Assembly (NCBI GenBank): GCA_040770465.1
Contig: JAXGJB010000001.1
Coordinates: 96,771-160,770, forward strand
Source of the DNA: Methanothrix sp.
GTDB taxonomy: Archaea > Halobacteriota > Methanosarcinia > Methanotrichales > Methanotrichaceae
Reading direction: 5' to 3'
Length of the DNA stretch: 64,000 nucleotides
Shown: positions 38,396-48,494 of the stretch, piece after piece
Layout of the letters: each line of letters opens with the position of its first letter
Position numbering within the stretch: position 1 is the stretch's first letter
The notes under the pieces: generated by a model
Databases searched by the model: none
What the model saw: only the letters and a program-made list of their open reading frames with translations
Told to the model about the DNA's origin: nothing
Translations under genes and position numbers: made by a program

Positions 38396-39622
38396 TCAAT
38401 CCTCCACGAGGCCCGAGACGAGGAGGCTTGCTCCGACGCAGCCGATGTACTGGGCGTAATCCGGCACCATCACCTTGAGGCCGAGGAGCTGTTCCATGGC
38501 CCGGGGGAGCCCCTCGATCAGGGCGGTCCCTCCCACCATGATCACCGGCTCCTTCACCTCCACCTCCTGGAGCTGCTGCTCGAAGACCTGTTCTGCGACG
38601 CTGTGGCAGGCGGCCATCGCCACGTCCTCGGGCCGGCTCCCCGCCGATAGGCTGTTGACCAGGGACTGGGTTCCGAAGACGATGCAGTAGCTGTTCATCG
38701 GCACCTTCTGGTGGTCCCCCTTAAGGGCGAGCTTTCCAAGCTCGGTTATATCGACGCCCAGCCTTCTCGAGGTCAGCTCCAGGAACCTGCCGGAGGCACC
38801 GGCGCAGATGCCGCCCATGGTGAAGGTTCCGGGGATCCCGTCCTGGACCGATATCGCCTTGTTGTCCATCCCACCGATATCGATTACCGTGGCCGCGCCC
38901 TTCTGGGCGTCTGCCAAAAAGACGGCGCCCTTGGAGTTGACGGTGATCTCCTCTTGGATCAGCTTTGCTCCGAACTCTTTGCCCACCAGGTGGCGGCCGT
39001 ATCCGGTCGTCCCGAGACCCTCGATCTCACCCCGGGTGACCCCGGCGGATTCGAGGGCGGCGTTGTAGGCGGCCTCGGCGCTCTTGAGAACCTCGGTGGT
39101 GGGAACCCAGCCGGTCCCGATCACCTCGTTGTCCCTCATCACCACCGACTTCGTCGTCGTCGAGCCCGAATCGATCCCGGCGGTGAGGCCGGTCTGCCTC
39201 TCCCGGGAGAGGAGCCCCTTGAACTTCGCCGTCGTGACCAGGGCCTCCATCCTGGTGAGGAGGGTCTCGGCCGTCGTCCTCTCGGTGAAGGAGTAGCTGA
39301 GGACTGGGATTCTCGAGTTCTCGTGGATGTACTTTCGCAGCTCGCTTCGGACTATGGCGCCTTCGGCGCATCGGAAGCAGGTGGCCACAAAGACGGCGTC
39401 GGCGAGGTCGGGGTTCTCGACGATCCGGGTTGCCCTCGCCATGGCGAGGTTCAAATCGCCGCTCGCCACCTCGATCCCGAACCTCTCCTCCACGTTCCGG
39501 ACGTCGTCGAGGGAGACCTCGGGGAAGACTAGCTCGGCGCCCACCATCTCGGCGGCCTTCTCCAGCTCCTGCTGGACGCCGCTATACTCGGGGCCGCAGG
39601 AGAGCTGGGCTATCCTGATCAA
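38396..39622 (-). CDS. mmp15: Methanogenesis marker protein 15 (CoA-dehydratase activase-like ATPase)
   Basis: [44 protein letters not shown]. Confidence 0.92.
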   Translation of the reverse strand: MIRIAQLSCGPEYSGVQQELEKAAEMVGAELVFPEVSLDDVRNVEERFGIEVASGDLNLAMARATRIVENPDLADAVFVATCFRCAEGAIVRSELRKYIHENSRIPVLSYSFTERTTAETLLTRMEALVTTAKFKGLLSRERQTGLTAGIDSGSTTTKSVVMRDNEVIGTGWVPTTEVLKSAEAAYNAALESAGVTRGEIEGLGTTGYGRHLVGKEFGAKLIQEEITVNSKGAVFLADAQKGAATVIDIGGMDNKAISVQDGIPGTFTMGGICAGASGRFLELTSRRLGVDITELGKLALKGDHQKVPMNSYCIVFGTQSLVNSLSAGSRPEDVAMAACHSVAEQVFEQQLQEVEVKEPVIMVGGTALIEGLPRAMEQLLGLKVMVPDYAQYIGCVGASLLVSGLVED

Positions 39623-40056
39623 TTCAACCCCTCCAGAAACTCCCGGATTTTGTGGACGAACCGGCGTGCTGAAAGCTCATCTGCGGGATAGTCTAGCTCC
39701 AGGATGGGGATACGTTTTGTCCGGAGGAGAAAACGGGTCAGCTCGTTGGTCCTGGCACAGCCGGTGCACCCCAGGGTGCAACGGTCGTTCATTATAATGA
39801 TGGCGGCGTCCGCCTCTTCGATCATCGGTCCCAATAGCGACATCCTGCCCCTCACCCCCGAGGGGACGTCGACGGCGGCGTACTTCAGCCCCTTCTTCGG
39901 GTCCTCAGGGGTCATGTTCAGGGGGGGCGAGTCGAGACCGGCGGTGTTGACCTTCTTTCTGACCTCTTTTGATACCACCAGCGCCTCGTGCCCCGTCCTC
40001 TCGACGAGGTCTGAGAGGATCATGCTGGTGGGAGGGTAAACCATGACTTTAACCAT
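39619..40056 (-). CDS. mmp5: Methanogenesis marker protein 5
   Basis: [31 protein letters not shown]. Confidence 0.92.
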   Translation of the reverse strand: MVKVMVYPPTSMILSDLVERTGHEALVVSKEVRKKVNTAGLDSPPLNMTPEDPKKGLKYAAVDVPSGVRGRMSLLGPMIEEADAAIIIMNDRCTLGCTGCARTNELTRFLLRTKRIPILELDYPADELSARRFVHKIREFLEGLN

Positions 40057-40065
40057 GAACCAACC

Positions 40066-40491
40066 TCAGGAAAACTCCTCTTTTATCATCTCTTCAAGCT
40101 CCGCAAGCCCCGGCCGCTTTACCGCCTCGGCCTTCGGCGGAGCCTCTTCGCCCCTCGCCTCGGAGGCGAGCCCCCGAGATATCAGGGGGAGGATCTCGGA
40201 CTCGTACTGCATCATGTAAAAACCGGGCCTCGCACCCCCGCCCCGATGGCCACGACACCTTCGAGGATCGCCCGGCGGAAAGCCCCTATCTTTGATGAAT
40301 ATGTTGCTCTCGTCCATCGCCCTGATATCCTCGACCGTCGCTTCTATGTCCTCCTCCTCGCCGTCGATGATGACGCCGAAGCAGGTCTCTTTGACGTTGA
40401 TATCCCGGCCGAGCTCGTAGATCTTGAGAGCGATGTCGGAGGGGAGTACGTCGGAGTCCTGACCTGTGATCACGTACTTGGTAGCCTTCAC
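40066..40491 (-). CDS. mmp6: Methanogenesis marker protein 6
   Basis: KETCFG, KDRGFPPGDPRRCR, RPGF. Confidence 0.92.
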   Translation of the reverse strand: MKATKYVITGQDSDVLPSDIALKIYELGRDINVKETCFGVIIDGEEEDIEATVEDIRAMDESNIFIKDRGFPPGDPRRCRGHRGGGARPGFYMMQYESEILPLISRGLASEARGEEAPPKAEAVKRPGLAELEEMIKEEFS

Positions 40492-42018
40492 TTATCGCAC
40501 CTCCAGAACGTAAACGGTCTCCTCCTCCTTGACGTCCCGGAGCTTCTCCAGGTCGAGGATCCGACCTACGATGTTCGTCGCCAGAAACTTCTCGCCCGAG
40601 GGCCCGTACTTGGGGTCGTCCTCCAGCTTCACCCCGACGAGGCCGGCGTTCCGAGCAGCCTGGTTGGTGACGCCGATCTCCCCGGCTCTGACGATCTCTG
40701 ATGGCTTGTTCTCAGGGAGGATCTCCTTGTAGCTGGTGGCCGAGATCACGGGTTTGAATAGTATGGTGTTCTCGTAGACGAAGTAGACGGGCAAAGGTCC
40801 AACGGGCTTCTCTTTGAGCCCCACCACATGTCTGAAGTAGTCCAGGCTCTTGGGGGCGAGGTCGTCGTAAAGCTCGATCGCCACCATCCTGCCGGCCGGT
40901 ATCGAATGGACTTTGACCATCCCCTCTTTGAGGATCTGCATGGTGGCGACCGGCCTCTGCTCCACCACAACAGCGTCGTCACCGGTGTAGCCATCAACCT
41001 CAAAACCCACGCCCCGATCGGCGGCGATCTTCTCCGCCTCTTTGAGGGGGAGGCCCATGAGCATGATCCTCTCGGGGGTGACCTTCGCCGCGAGCTTCGC
41101 CCCGGGCTCGGCAAGCTTGACCAGATCCATGCCGGAGGTTACGATCCCCACCACGGATTGGCTTGGGGTCGATGTCCGGTCCGCCTTGTAGATGAAGACC
41201 CGTCCCAGACCCCGACCGGTGGTCCTGATGGTGACGGCGCCTTCGGCTCGTGGCTCCCGGTTCTCAAACTCGATCCGCTCGCCCAGGAGGACGTCGGAGG
41301 AGGCGTAGGAGCTGGATACGCCCCCCACCGAGAATACCCCATCCCTTGTCGCAGCGAGGAAGAACTCGGACCCCATCGGGGCGTCCTCGATCAGCTCAAC
41401 CTCGATTCTGGAGTAGATCTCCATCCCGTCGGTCAGGGGAAAGGAGAGGTCCGCGGTCGTCATCTTGTCGGAGAGGGCAGCCCACTCGACGATCGGCTCG
41501 ACGTCCAGGATCACGTCGCCGATCTCAAGCCTTCCCAGAACGTCTTTGCCCCCCACCACCGACGCGAAGACCCCACGGTTCTCGGCAGGTGCGCCGTAGG
41601 CCGCGAAGTGTCTCTTCCTCGCGAAGACTATCTGGGCCTTATCGGCCTCAAAGCCGCTGGCGCCGAAGATCACCTCCCACCGGTCGTACTCGCGCTCGTT
41701 TCTGGTTGGGGAGATCGCCGTCGCCACCGGCCCGAAGGCGACTGCGGCACCGTCACTCCACCTCGCCGCAAGCCCCGAGATCCGGCCGACGGCCCGGTGC
41801 CAGGCATCCTGCAAACCGGTATCAAAGAGATCTATCCTCAGCTTGCCTTTGGTGGTGTTGAGCCAGTAGGAGTTGGTCTCCTTCGCCTCCTCCTCCCGGC
41901 CCTTGACGATCCCGATGATCGCATCCTCTCGGGGCGTGATTCGGGCCGCGCCCAGGGCGTCTTTGAGGGTCGACCCCTCGGAGAGGGAGATCTCCGCGCC
42001 ATCTACAAAAACTTTCAA
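40492..42018 (-). CDS. mmp3: Methanogenesis marker protein 3
   Basis: TTKG, AFGP, LPENKP, IGVTNQA, YGPSGE.F..TNIVG. Confidence 0.92.
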   Translation of the reverse strand: MKVFVDGAEISLSEGSTLKDALGAARITPREDAIIGIVKGREEEAKETNSYWLNTTKGKLRIDLFDTGLQDAWHRAVGRISGLAARWSDGAAVAFGPVATAISPTRNEREYDRWEVIFGASGFEADKAQIVFARKRHFAAYGAPAENRGVFASVVGGKDVLGRLEIGDVILDVEPIVEWAALSDKMTTADLSFPLTDGMEIYSRIEVELIEDAPMGSEFFLAATRDGVFSVGGVSSSYASSDVLLGERIEFENREPRAEGAVTIRTTGRGLGRVFIYKADRTSTPSQSVVGIVTSGMDLVKLAEPGAKLAAKVTPERIMLMGLPLKEAEKIAADRGVGFEVDGYTGDDAVVVEQRPVATMQILKEGMVKVHSIPAGRMVAIELYDDLAPKSLDYFRHVVGLKEKPVGPLPVYFVYENTILFKPVISATSYKEILPENKPSEIVRAGEIGVTNQAARNAGLVGVKLEDDPKYGPSGEKFLATNIVGRILDLEKLRDVKEEETVYVLEVR

Positions 42019-42019
42019 G

Positions 42020-43624
42020 TTAACTCCCCAGCATCTCCTCTTCTTCCTCTTTGGTCATGAGGGAGAGGACGCCGTCGGGCGTTCCGATGTGGATGATCTT
42101 TCCGTTCCGCATCAAGGCCGCCCGGTCACAGACGTTCTGGACGAAGTCCATGTCGTGGCTGACGATGAGGAACGTCTCGCCGAGTTCGTCCCTCGCGTTG
42201 AGGACGGATTTGGATACGTCTATCTTGGTGATGAGGTCCATCGTTCCCGTCGGCTCGTCCAGTACCACTATCCTCGGCTCCTTGATCAGGACCTGGGCCA
42301 TGGCCACCCTGTGACGCTCTCCCTCACTCAGCTCGTTGGGGTTCTTGGAGAGGACCTTCTCTGCCTCCTCCTCGGTGAATCCGACTGTGACGAGGGTGTG
42401 GATCGCCTTCCTCTCGGCCAGCTCGAAGGGGAGGGACAGCCCTATCGACTCGGTGAGGTTGTCGATGACGCTCCGGTATGGGTAGAGGGTGTACTCCTGG
42501 TGGAGCATCCCCATGTACTTGGTCGCCCGACCCTTCTGGTCGGCGCCGAGGACGGTCATGTCCACCCAATCGTCGCCGACCCTGCACCATATGCCTCCGG
42601 CGGTGGGGAGGATGATCCCGTTCAGCATCTTGGAGAGGGTGGTCTTTCCGGCGCCGCTCGTCCCCACGAGGCCGAATATCTCGCCCTCATAGACCTCCAG
42701 AGCCACGTCGTCGACGGCCCTGACGACGCCGCGGTCGATGCTGATGTACCTCTTGGCGAGATCTCTGCACCGGATGATGGGGGCTCCCATATCAACCCTC
42801 TTCCGCTCCTCCATCTTGCCGGCCATGGAGGCGAACTCGGCGGCGATATCCGAAGGTTTGCCCTCGGACACGATCGCGCCGTGGTCGAGGAGGACGGCGC
42901 GGTCCGTCAGCTCAACCATCACGTCGGGCCAGTGGCTGGTGATGATCATCGTCATATTGAAGTCGTCGACCGCCCGGCTGATGCTGTCGTGGACCAGGTC
43001 CGCGGTCTTCGGATCCAGAGTTCCCGACGGCTCGTCTGCAAGGAGCATCATCGGCGACTTGGCGAGCTGACGGGCTAGAACCACCCGCTGCTTCTCGCCG
43101 CCGGAGAGCTCCCTTGCCACGTGCATCATCCGATGGGACATGTTCACCTCGTCCAGGAGGTCTGCCGCACGGTTGACGCTGATGGACCCGCCGCTCGCCT
43201 CCTCTACGGCCCTCATGACGTTGACGATCACCCTCTCGTCTCCGTAGAGGGCGAAGGTCCGCTGGAGCATTATGGCTATCCTGCGAGATATGTCACGTCT
43301 CTTGGAATCGTTGATCCCCAGAGATACGAAATCGGCGTCGAAGGCCTCAAAGGTCCCGCCGCACTTGCAGGTTTGACCTGCATGGCTCGGAGGCTCAACG
43401 TGGTTGCACTTGGCACATCTTGCGACGTGATAGATCACGTTTCCGCTGATATTCTCGAAGGGCTCAACGCCTCGAAGGACGTGCAAAAGGACGCTCTTTC
43501 CCGAGCCGCTCCTCCCCAGGATGCCGAGCGACTCCCCCTCCATGATCTCCAAATTGACATCGCGCAGCGCAACAACTTCGCCAAACCGCACCGTCAAGTC
43601 CCGGATCTCAATAAATGGTGTCAA
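42020..43624 (-). CDS. atwA: Methyl-coenzyme M reductase system component A2 (double ABC ATPase)
   Basis: GRSGSGKS and GTSGAGKT Walker A motifs, CAKC...CKC zinc insert, IMLQRTFALY, LSGGEKQR, LSEGERHR. Confidence 0.95.
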   Translation of the reverse strand: MTPFIEIRDLTVRFGEVVALRDVNLEIMEGESLGILGRSGSGKSVLLHVLRGVEPFENISGNVIYHVARCAKCNHVEPPSHAGQTCKCGGTFEAFDADFVSLGINDSKRRDISRRIAIMLQRTFALYGDERVIVNVMRAVEEASGGSISVNRAADLLDEVNMSHRMMHVARELSGGEKQRVVLARQLAKSPMMLLADEPSGTLDPKTADLVHDSISRAVDDFNMTMIITSHWPDVMVELTDRAVLLDHGAIVSEGKPSDIAAEFASMAGKMEERKRVDMGAPIIRCRDLAKRYISIDRGVVRAVDDVALEVYEGEIFGLVGTSGAGKTTLSKMLNGIILPTAGGIWCRVGDDWVDMTVLGADQKGRATKYMGMLHQEYTLYPYRSVIDNLTESIGLSLPFELAERKAIHTLVTVGFTEEEAEKVLSKNPNELSEGERHRVAMAQVLIKEPRIVVLDEPTGTMDLITKIDVSKSVLNARDELGETFLIVSHDMDFVQNVCDRAALMRNGKIIHIGTPDGVLSLMTKEEEEEMLGS

Positions 43625-43723
43625 ATTATCACGCCTCTATTTGGTATTGTGTACGAACTACAAACCATCCCGAATTTAAGTTTATCCGAGACCGTCCCTC
43701 AGAGACCGCAGCCGTCGATCAAT

Positions 43724-43755
43724 TAACGTCGATTACGCATAACGCCGATTACGCA
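43724..43755. repeat. 16-bp tandem direct repeat upstream of atwA
   Basis: TAACGTCGATTACGCA / TAACGCCGATTACGCA. Confidence 0.75.
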
Positions 43756-43843
43756 TCTCGCCCAACCCTACGCTAGGTCTCCAGATCTAGGAAAGTCTCC
43801 CTCAGTAACCCGATAAAGATAGTCGGGGTTGATGAGATGACCT

Positions 43844-44017
43844 CTACCCCTCTCCTCCCTTCTTGAGAAGAAACTCTTTGTCCATGTAAGACTGATGAGC
43901 GGCCTCGAGACATTCTTTGCATACATGAAAAACCGTATCCTTCAGGCCGTGTATTGTAGCTTGCTTGGCTTTAACAGGCAACGTCTCCTTGTCGACAGCA
44001 CAGATTTGACATTTCAT
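43844..44017 (-). CDS. Small zinc-finger-like protein (CxxC...CxxC)
   Basis: MKCQIC...VCKEC; begins 5 nt after the ubiX stop. Confidence 0.6.
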   Translation of the reverse strand: MKCQICAVDKETLPVKAKQATIHGLKDTVFHVCKECLEAAHQSYMDKEFLLKKGGEG

Positions 44018-44022
44018 CCAGG

Positions 44023-44706
44023 TCACCTCTTTCCAATCTGGTTTTCGTCGTTATAAGCATTTCCGCTCAGCGGAGTCCTCCACCTCTTGTAAAGATCGTG
44101 CTCGATCCCCAGAAGGTCCAGAACCCTGCCCACCACCACGTCCACCATCCCCTCGACGGTCTCCGGCTTCGAGTAGAATCCGGGGCAGGGCGGAAGTATT
44201 ATCGCACCCGCCTCCGTGGCCGCCACCATGTTCTTCAGATGGACGAGGCTCAACGGCGACTCCCTCGGCACCAGGATAAGCCTCCTCCTCTCCTTCAGGC
44301 AGACGTCCGCCGCCCGAGTGATGAGGGTGTCGGATACGCCGTTTGCGATCCCCGCCAGGGTTCTCATGCTGCAGGGAGCCACCACCATGCCGTCGAAGAC
44401 GCAGGACCCGCTGGCGATCGACGCCGTAAAGTCCCGGGCCGAATAGACCCGATCCGCCATCATCTCCACATCGATGGGGCTCTCCTCCGTCTCGATCTCG
44501 ATGATCCTCCGGGCGGCCTCCGTCATAACGAGGTGGGTCGTGCACCCCATCTCAGCCAGGACCTCCAGGAGCCTGATCCCGTAGATCACCCCGGAGGCTC
44601 CGCTGATCCCCACCACCACGTCAAGAATCTTTCCCGTCCTCTTGATGTTATCACATCCTATGACGAATGAATGCACCAATCCCCTTCTCTTGAATGAATG
44701 CACCAA
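44023..44706 (-). CDS. ubiX: Flavin prenyltransferase UbiX
   Basis: GISGASG, IASGS, APCSMRTL, RAADVCLKERR, RESP, PGFY; start codon uncertain. Confidence 0.94.
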   Translation of the reverse strand: MVHSFKRRGLVHSFVIGCDNIKRTGKILDVVVGISGASGVIYGIRLLEVLAEMGCTTHLVMTEAARRIIEIETEESPIDVEMMADRVYSARDFTASIASGSCVFDGMVVAPCSMRTLAGIANGVSDTLITRAADVCLKERRRLILVPRESPLSLVHLKNMVAATEAGAIILPPCPGFYSKPETVEGMVDVVVGRVLDLLGIEHDLYKRWRTPLSGNAYNDENQIGKR

Positions 44707-44718
44707 TCTCCTTCTCTT
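44665..44718. repeat. 27-bp tandem duplication over the ubiX SD/start region
   Basis: GAATGAATGCACCAATCCCCTTCTCTT / GAATGAATGCACCAATCTCCTTCTCTT. Confidence 0.85.
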
Positions 44719-44725
44719 ATGAGCG

Positions 44726-45646
44726 CTACAATCCCCGTCTTTGGAGCCGGGTCAATGTCGATGCCACCATCAGGGGGAAGTTGATGGTGGCATCGCCGTA
44801 TACGGTGACCTTCCTCGCCTCGGGGGCGATCTTTCCCCAGGATACGGCCTCGGAGAGGGACGCCCCCGATAGCCCCCCCGGCTCGGGCCGGTCCGTCGTG
44901 AGCTGGATGGCGAGATCGAAGCTCTTGGGGGTGACGAGCATCGACTGGAGGGCGAAGTTCTTGGGAACCCCTCCACCGATGATGACGATCCCGGAACGTT
45001 CGGCTCCGTAGCATATGTCCACCAGCTCGCCCACGTCGCCGAAGGCGTCGACGTTCAGCTTTCGCGTCTGCCTGTAAAGCCAGGCCTGAAGCCCTATCAT
45101 CGAGTCCGAGATGGCGGGACAGAAGATCGGCACACCGGCGTCGGAGGCGGACCTGAGGATCGACTTCTCGTCTTCGATCCTCTTTCCAAGCAGCCTCAAC
45201 AGTTCGGTTCCGGTCATGAGATCTCCTCTCTCCGGGAGGATCTCCTGGAGGATCTCCTCGAACCGGACGAAATCGTCGTCTCCTACGTAGACGTCGTATA
45301 TCCTGCTGATCCCCTCGTCTCTCAGATCCTCGTCCGAGGCCTCGGGGTCCCCCAGGACGTGGTGGCTGAAGGCCTCGATGATGTCGTGGACGAGGTTTGC
45401 ACCGGTGGAGACGAGAACGTCTATCCGACCGTCTCTGATGAGGTCCGATACTATGTTTCTCATCCCCGCGGGGACCATAGCGCCTGCGAGGGTGAAGAAC
45501 CTGGCGTAATCCCCCGAGAGCATCTCCTCATAGATATTTACGGCTTCGGCCAGCCTTCTCGCGCCGAAACCGCAAGCTTCCATCATCCTCACCAGCTCAT
45601 CTGCGCCCATTCCGGGCTCTATCTCCATCTGTCTTATATAATCCAC
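44726..45646 (-). CDS. dys: Deoxyhypusine synthase family protein
   Basis: GAMVPAG, STGANLVHD, DSMIG, GGGVPKN, GGLSGA..SEAVSWGK, DATI. Confidence 0.92.
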   Translation of the reverse strand: MDYIRQMEIEPGMGADELVRMMEACGFGARRLAEAVNIYEEMLSGDYARFFTLAGAMVPAGMRNIVSDLIRDGRIDVLVSTGANLVHDIIEAFSHHVLGDPEASDEDLRDEGISRIYDVYVGDDDFVRFEEILQEILPERGDLMTGTELLRLLGKRIEDEKSILRSASDAGVPIFCPAISDSMIGLQAWLYRQTRKLNVDAFGDVGELVDICYGAERSGIVIIGGGVPKNFALQSMLVTPKSFDLAIQLTTDRPEPGGLSGASLSEAVSWGKIAPEARKVTVYGDATINFPLMVASTLTRLQRRGL

Positions 45647-45790
45647 CGAAACTCACCCGAATTATCCGAGCTTGATGCCTCTAGAGACCGACCGCATCAC
45701 CGCTTAGCGGTAGTGATGCTAATCGATTTTCTCATAAACCTTTTATATCAGTACCTTGTGTTTAGCTCTTACGGCTAACGGAGGTAAAAA

Positions 45791-46186
45791 ATGAGCGGCG
45801 AAATGGTGGCAGTGGACTATTATATCCCACTTATTATGTTTTTGATAATAGGTGCTATAGTGCCTATTGGCGCGCTGGCTGCCGTGAAGATCATATCTCC
45901 TCAGAAATCAACTTTTCAGAAGAGGTCTACCTACGAAGGCGGGCTGAGACCGATACGGGAGGCGGTAATCCAGTACAACGTACAGTATTATCTCTTTGCC
46001 ATTGTCTTCGTGATCTTCGACGTTGAGGTTCTCTTCCTCTATCCGTGGATCTACGTCTACGCTTCAGAGGTGATCCCCACCTTGGGAGGAGTGAACATCG
46101 CAGTCATCGATATGCTGATTTTCATTGTGGTGCTTTTGATCGGTTTGCTCTATGCCATTAAGAAGGAGGCGTTGCGTTGGGTATAA
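45791..46186 (+). CDS. fpoA: Fpo complex subunit A
   Basis: TYEGG, YYLFAIVFVIFDVE, ends LRW. Confidence 0.93.
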   Translation: MSGEMVAVDYYIPLIMFLIIGAIVPIGALAAVKIISPQKSTFQKRSTYEGGLRPIREAVIQYNVQYYLFAIVFVIFDVEVLFLYPWIYVYASEVIPTLGGVNIAVIDMLIFIVVLLIGLLYAIKKEALRWV

Positions 46187-46749
46187 GCGATGTCATACCT
46201 CTGCCTGTTGCGGTTGATAAGGAACTGGAGAAGTGGACCATCTGGGGTAGGCCCCTCACCGACGTCTGGTTCACCACCACCGAGAAGATCCACGAGATCA
46301 TCGAGATGGGGCCCATCAAGAACGTCCTGAACTGGGGGAGGAAGAATTCCCTCTGGTTTTTGATGCAGCCGATGGGCTGTTGCGGCGTCGAGATGCTCGT
46401 CTTCGGTTGTCCCCACTACGACTGCGACCGGTTCGGTATATTTCCCCGGGCTACTCCAAGACAGGTCGACGTCATGATCATCAGCGGCTACATCACCAGA
46501 AAGTATCTGCCGGCGATCAAGAACCTCTGGGAACAGATACCGGAGCCGAAATGGGTCATGGCGATAGGCGAGTGCGCCATCTCCGGGGGACCCTTCTACG
46601 ACTCCTACAACATCATAAACGACACCAGCAAGTTCTTCCCCATAGACGTCTTCATCCCGGGCTGTCCGCCCAGGCCCGAGAAGTTCATCGAGGGCTTCAG
46701 GAATCTCCAGGAGAAGATCAAGCAGCGTGAGGACAAGAGGGGCTATTAG
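46177..46749 (+). CDS. fpoB: Fpo complex subunit B
   Basis: GCCGVEM, PRQVD, GECAISGG, IPGCPPRPE. Confidence 0.94.
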   Translation: MGISDVIPLPVAVDKELEKWTIWGRPLTDVWFTTTEKIHEIIEMGPIKNVLNWGRKNSLWFLMQPMGCCGVEMLVFGCPHYDCDRFGIFPRATPRQVDVMIISGYITRKYLPAIKNLWEQIPEPKWVMAIGECAISGGPFYDSYNIINDTSKFFPIDVFIPGCPPRPEKFIEGFRNLQEKIKQREDKRGY

Positions 46750-46766
46750 AGAGGAGGAGTTCACCG

Positions 46767-48482
46767 TTGACAACTGCAAATGATGTCTTGGCTGCCCTGC
46801 AGTCGGCCTTTCCGGGAGCGATCGAGGAGGCAAAGGTGGCTCCCGAGCGCCAGCTCTGGGCCACCGTCAAGCCGGACAGGATCGTGGACGTCTGTAAGTA
46901 CCTGAGGGACAATCACAGCTTCGACCACTACTCCGGCGCTGCGGGCGTGGACAGGATCAACGAAGGCCTCTTCGAGGTCACAGAACTGCTCGCAAGCCAC
47001 GGCGCTCACCAGGTGGTGGCCCTCCTGAAGGTGAAGACGCCCAGGGACAATCCATCGGTCAAGTCCCTGACGGGCCTTTACTGGAACGCCAACTGGTACG
47101 AGCGGGAGATCTGGGAGATGCTGGGGATAAACTTCGAAGGCCATCCTGAGCTATATCCCCTTCTGCTATCGGACGGTCTGGTGGGGGCCTGGCCCTGGAG
47201 AAAGGACTTCAAGGGCTACCCCGACTACACCACCGCCGAGAGGGCGATAGAGATGGTCAATCCCGAAGGATACACCGATTATTCCTTCCCCCCCACCGAG
47301 GCCGAGATCAAGGCGGGGACCGTCCCCTTCGAGAGGCCCGAGTATCCCACCTTCCGGGAGAGGGAGGAGATGGAGATCAAAGGCGAGTCTGAGATGATCC
47401 TCCACATGGGGCCTCAGCACGCCGTCGTCCCTGGACCCTTCCTCCTGGACATACTGGTGGATGGGGAGAGGGTGAAGAAGGCCTTCCTTGACGTGGGCTA
47501 TATCCACAAGGGGATCGAGAAGATAATGGAGAACCGGACCTACCAGCAGGGGATCCCCATCACCGACAGGCTCTGCTACATGGCCGCTCTCACCAACAAC
47601 GAGGCCTACTGCGGCGCCGTGGAGAGGCTCCTTGGGATCGAAGCTCCAGAGAGGGCCCAGTACATCCGGATGATCCTTGAAGAGCTATCTCGAATCCAGA
47701 GCCATCTCTTGGGCACCGCCGAGTTTCTCACCCTCATCGCCAGCGCCGTCTTCTCGCCGTTCCTTTACATGATCATCGACCGAGAGGACGTCCTCACCTG
47801 CATAGAGAGCGTGACGGGCGCGAGGATCAACCATAGCTTCGTCCGGTTCGGAGGAGTTCGAAACGACCTTCCCGACGGCTTCAAGGACATGACCCTCGAC
47901 ACCCTGAAGATGGTCAGACAGAAGACCGAGGAGTACAAGGAGCTATTCTTATCCGACAGCATCTACAATAAGAGGATGGAGGGCGTGGGAGTCCTCTCGC
48001 CGTCGGATGCGAGGAGGCTCGGAGTATCGGGTCCGCCCCTGAGGGCTTCGGATACGCCTTACGACATGAGACGGGAAGATCCGTACCTCCTCTACAAGGA
48101 TATGGACTTCGATGTGATCACGAGGAAAGAGGGAGACTCCAGGGCTCGGGTCGAGGTGAGGCTCGACGAGATCTTCGAGAGCTGCTACATAATAGAGCAG
48201 TGCCTGGACCAGATCCCCGACGGCCCCATCATGGCTGAGGGCCTCCCCAAGAAGATCAAGCCCGAACCCGGCGAGGCCTACTACCGGGTCGAAGACCACC
48301 GGGGAGAGATGGGATTCTTCGTGGTGAGCGATGGGTCTGACAAGCCTGTAAAGGTGAAGGCCCGGGGTCCGGTTTACGCCTACTTCCAGGCCCTTCCACC
48401 GCTCCTGGAGGGCGTCTACATAGCCGACGTCGTCGCCATCGCGGGCAGCATGGACGCTTGCACCAGCGAGGTGGACAGGTAG
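46767..48482 (+). CDS. fpoCD: Fpo fused subunit C/D
   Basis: WYEREIWEMLGINFEGHP (C) in frame with GPQH, GYIHKG, DRLCY and C-terminal EVDR (D). Confidence 0.93.
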   Translation: MTTANDVLAALQSAFPGAIEEAKVAPERQLWATVKPDRIVDVCKYLRDNHSFDHYSGAAGVDRINEGLFEVTELLASHGAHQVVALLKVKTPRDNPSVKSLTGLYWNANWYEREIWEMLGINFEGHPELYPLLLSDGLVGAWPWRKDFKGYPDYTTAERAIEMVNPEGYTDYSFPPTEAEIKAGTVPFERPEYPTFREREEMEIKGESEMILHMGPQHAVVPGPFLLDILVDGERVKKAFLDVGYIHKGIEKIMENRTYQQGIPITDRLCYMAALTNNEAYCGAVERLLGIEAPERAQYIRMILEELSRIQSHLLGTAEFLTLIASAVFSPFLYMIIDREDVLTCIESVTGARINHSFVRFGGVRNDLPDGFKDMTLDTLKMVRQKTEEYKELFLSDSIYNKRMEGVGVLSPSDARRLGVSGPPLRASDTPYDMRREDPYLLYKDMDFDVITRKEGDSRARVEVRLDEIFESCYIIEQCLDQIPDGPIMAEGLPKKIKPEPGEAYYRVEDHRGEMGFFVVSDGSDKPVKVKARGPVYAYFQALPPLLEGVYIADVVAIAGSMDACTSEVDR

Positions 48483-48494
48483 GAGGATTGAATA

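Noticed and set aside
39619-43624. TTG/GTG starts for atwA, mmp3, mmp6 and mmp15 as special regulation
   Set aside because: Non-ATG starts are common throughout the window (ndk, purF, mptA, fpoB, fpoCD, fpoN).
46767-48482. Group 4 [NiFe]-hydrogenase large subunit
   Set aside because: Lacks the RxCxxC and DPCxxC nickel ligands; it is complex I-like FpoCD.
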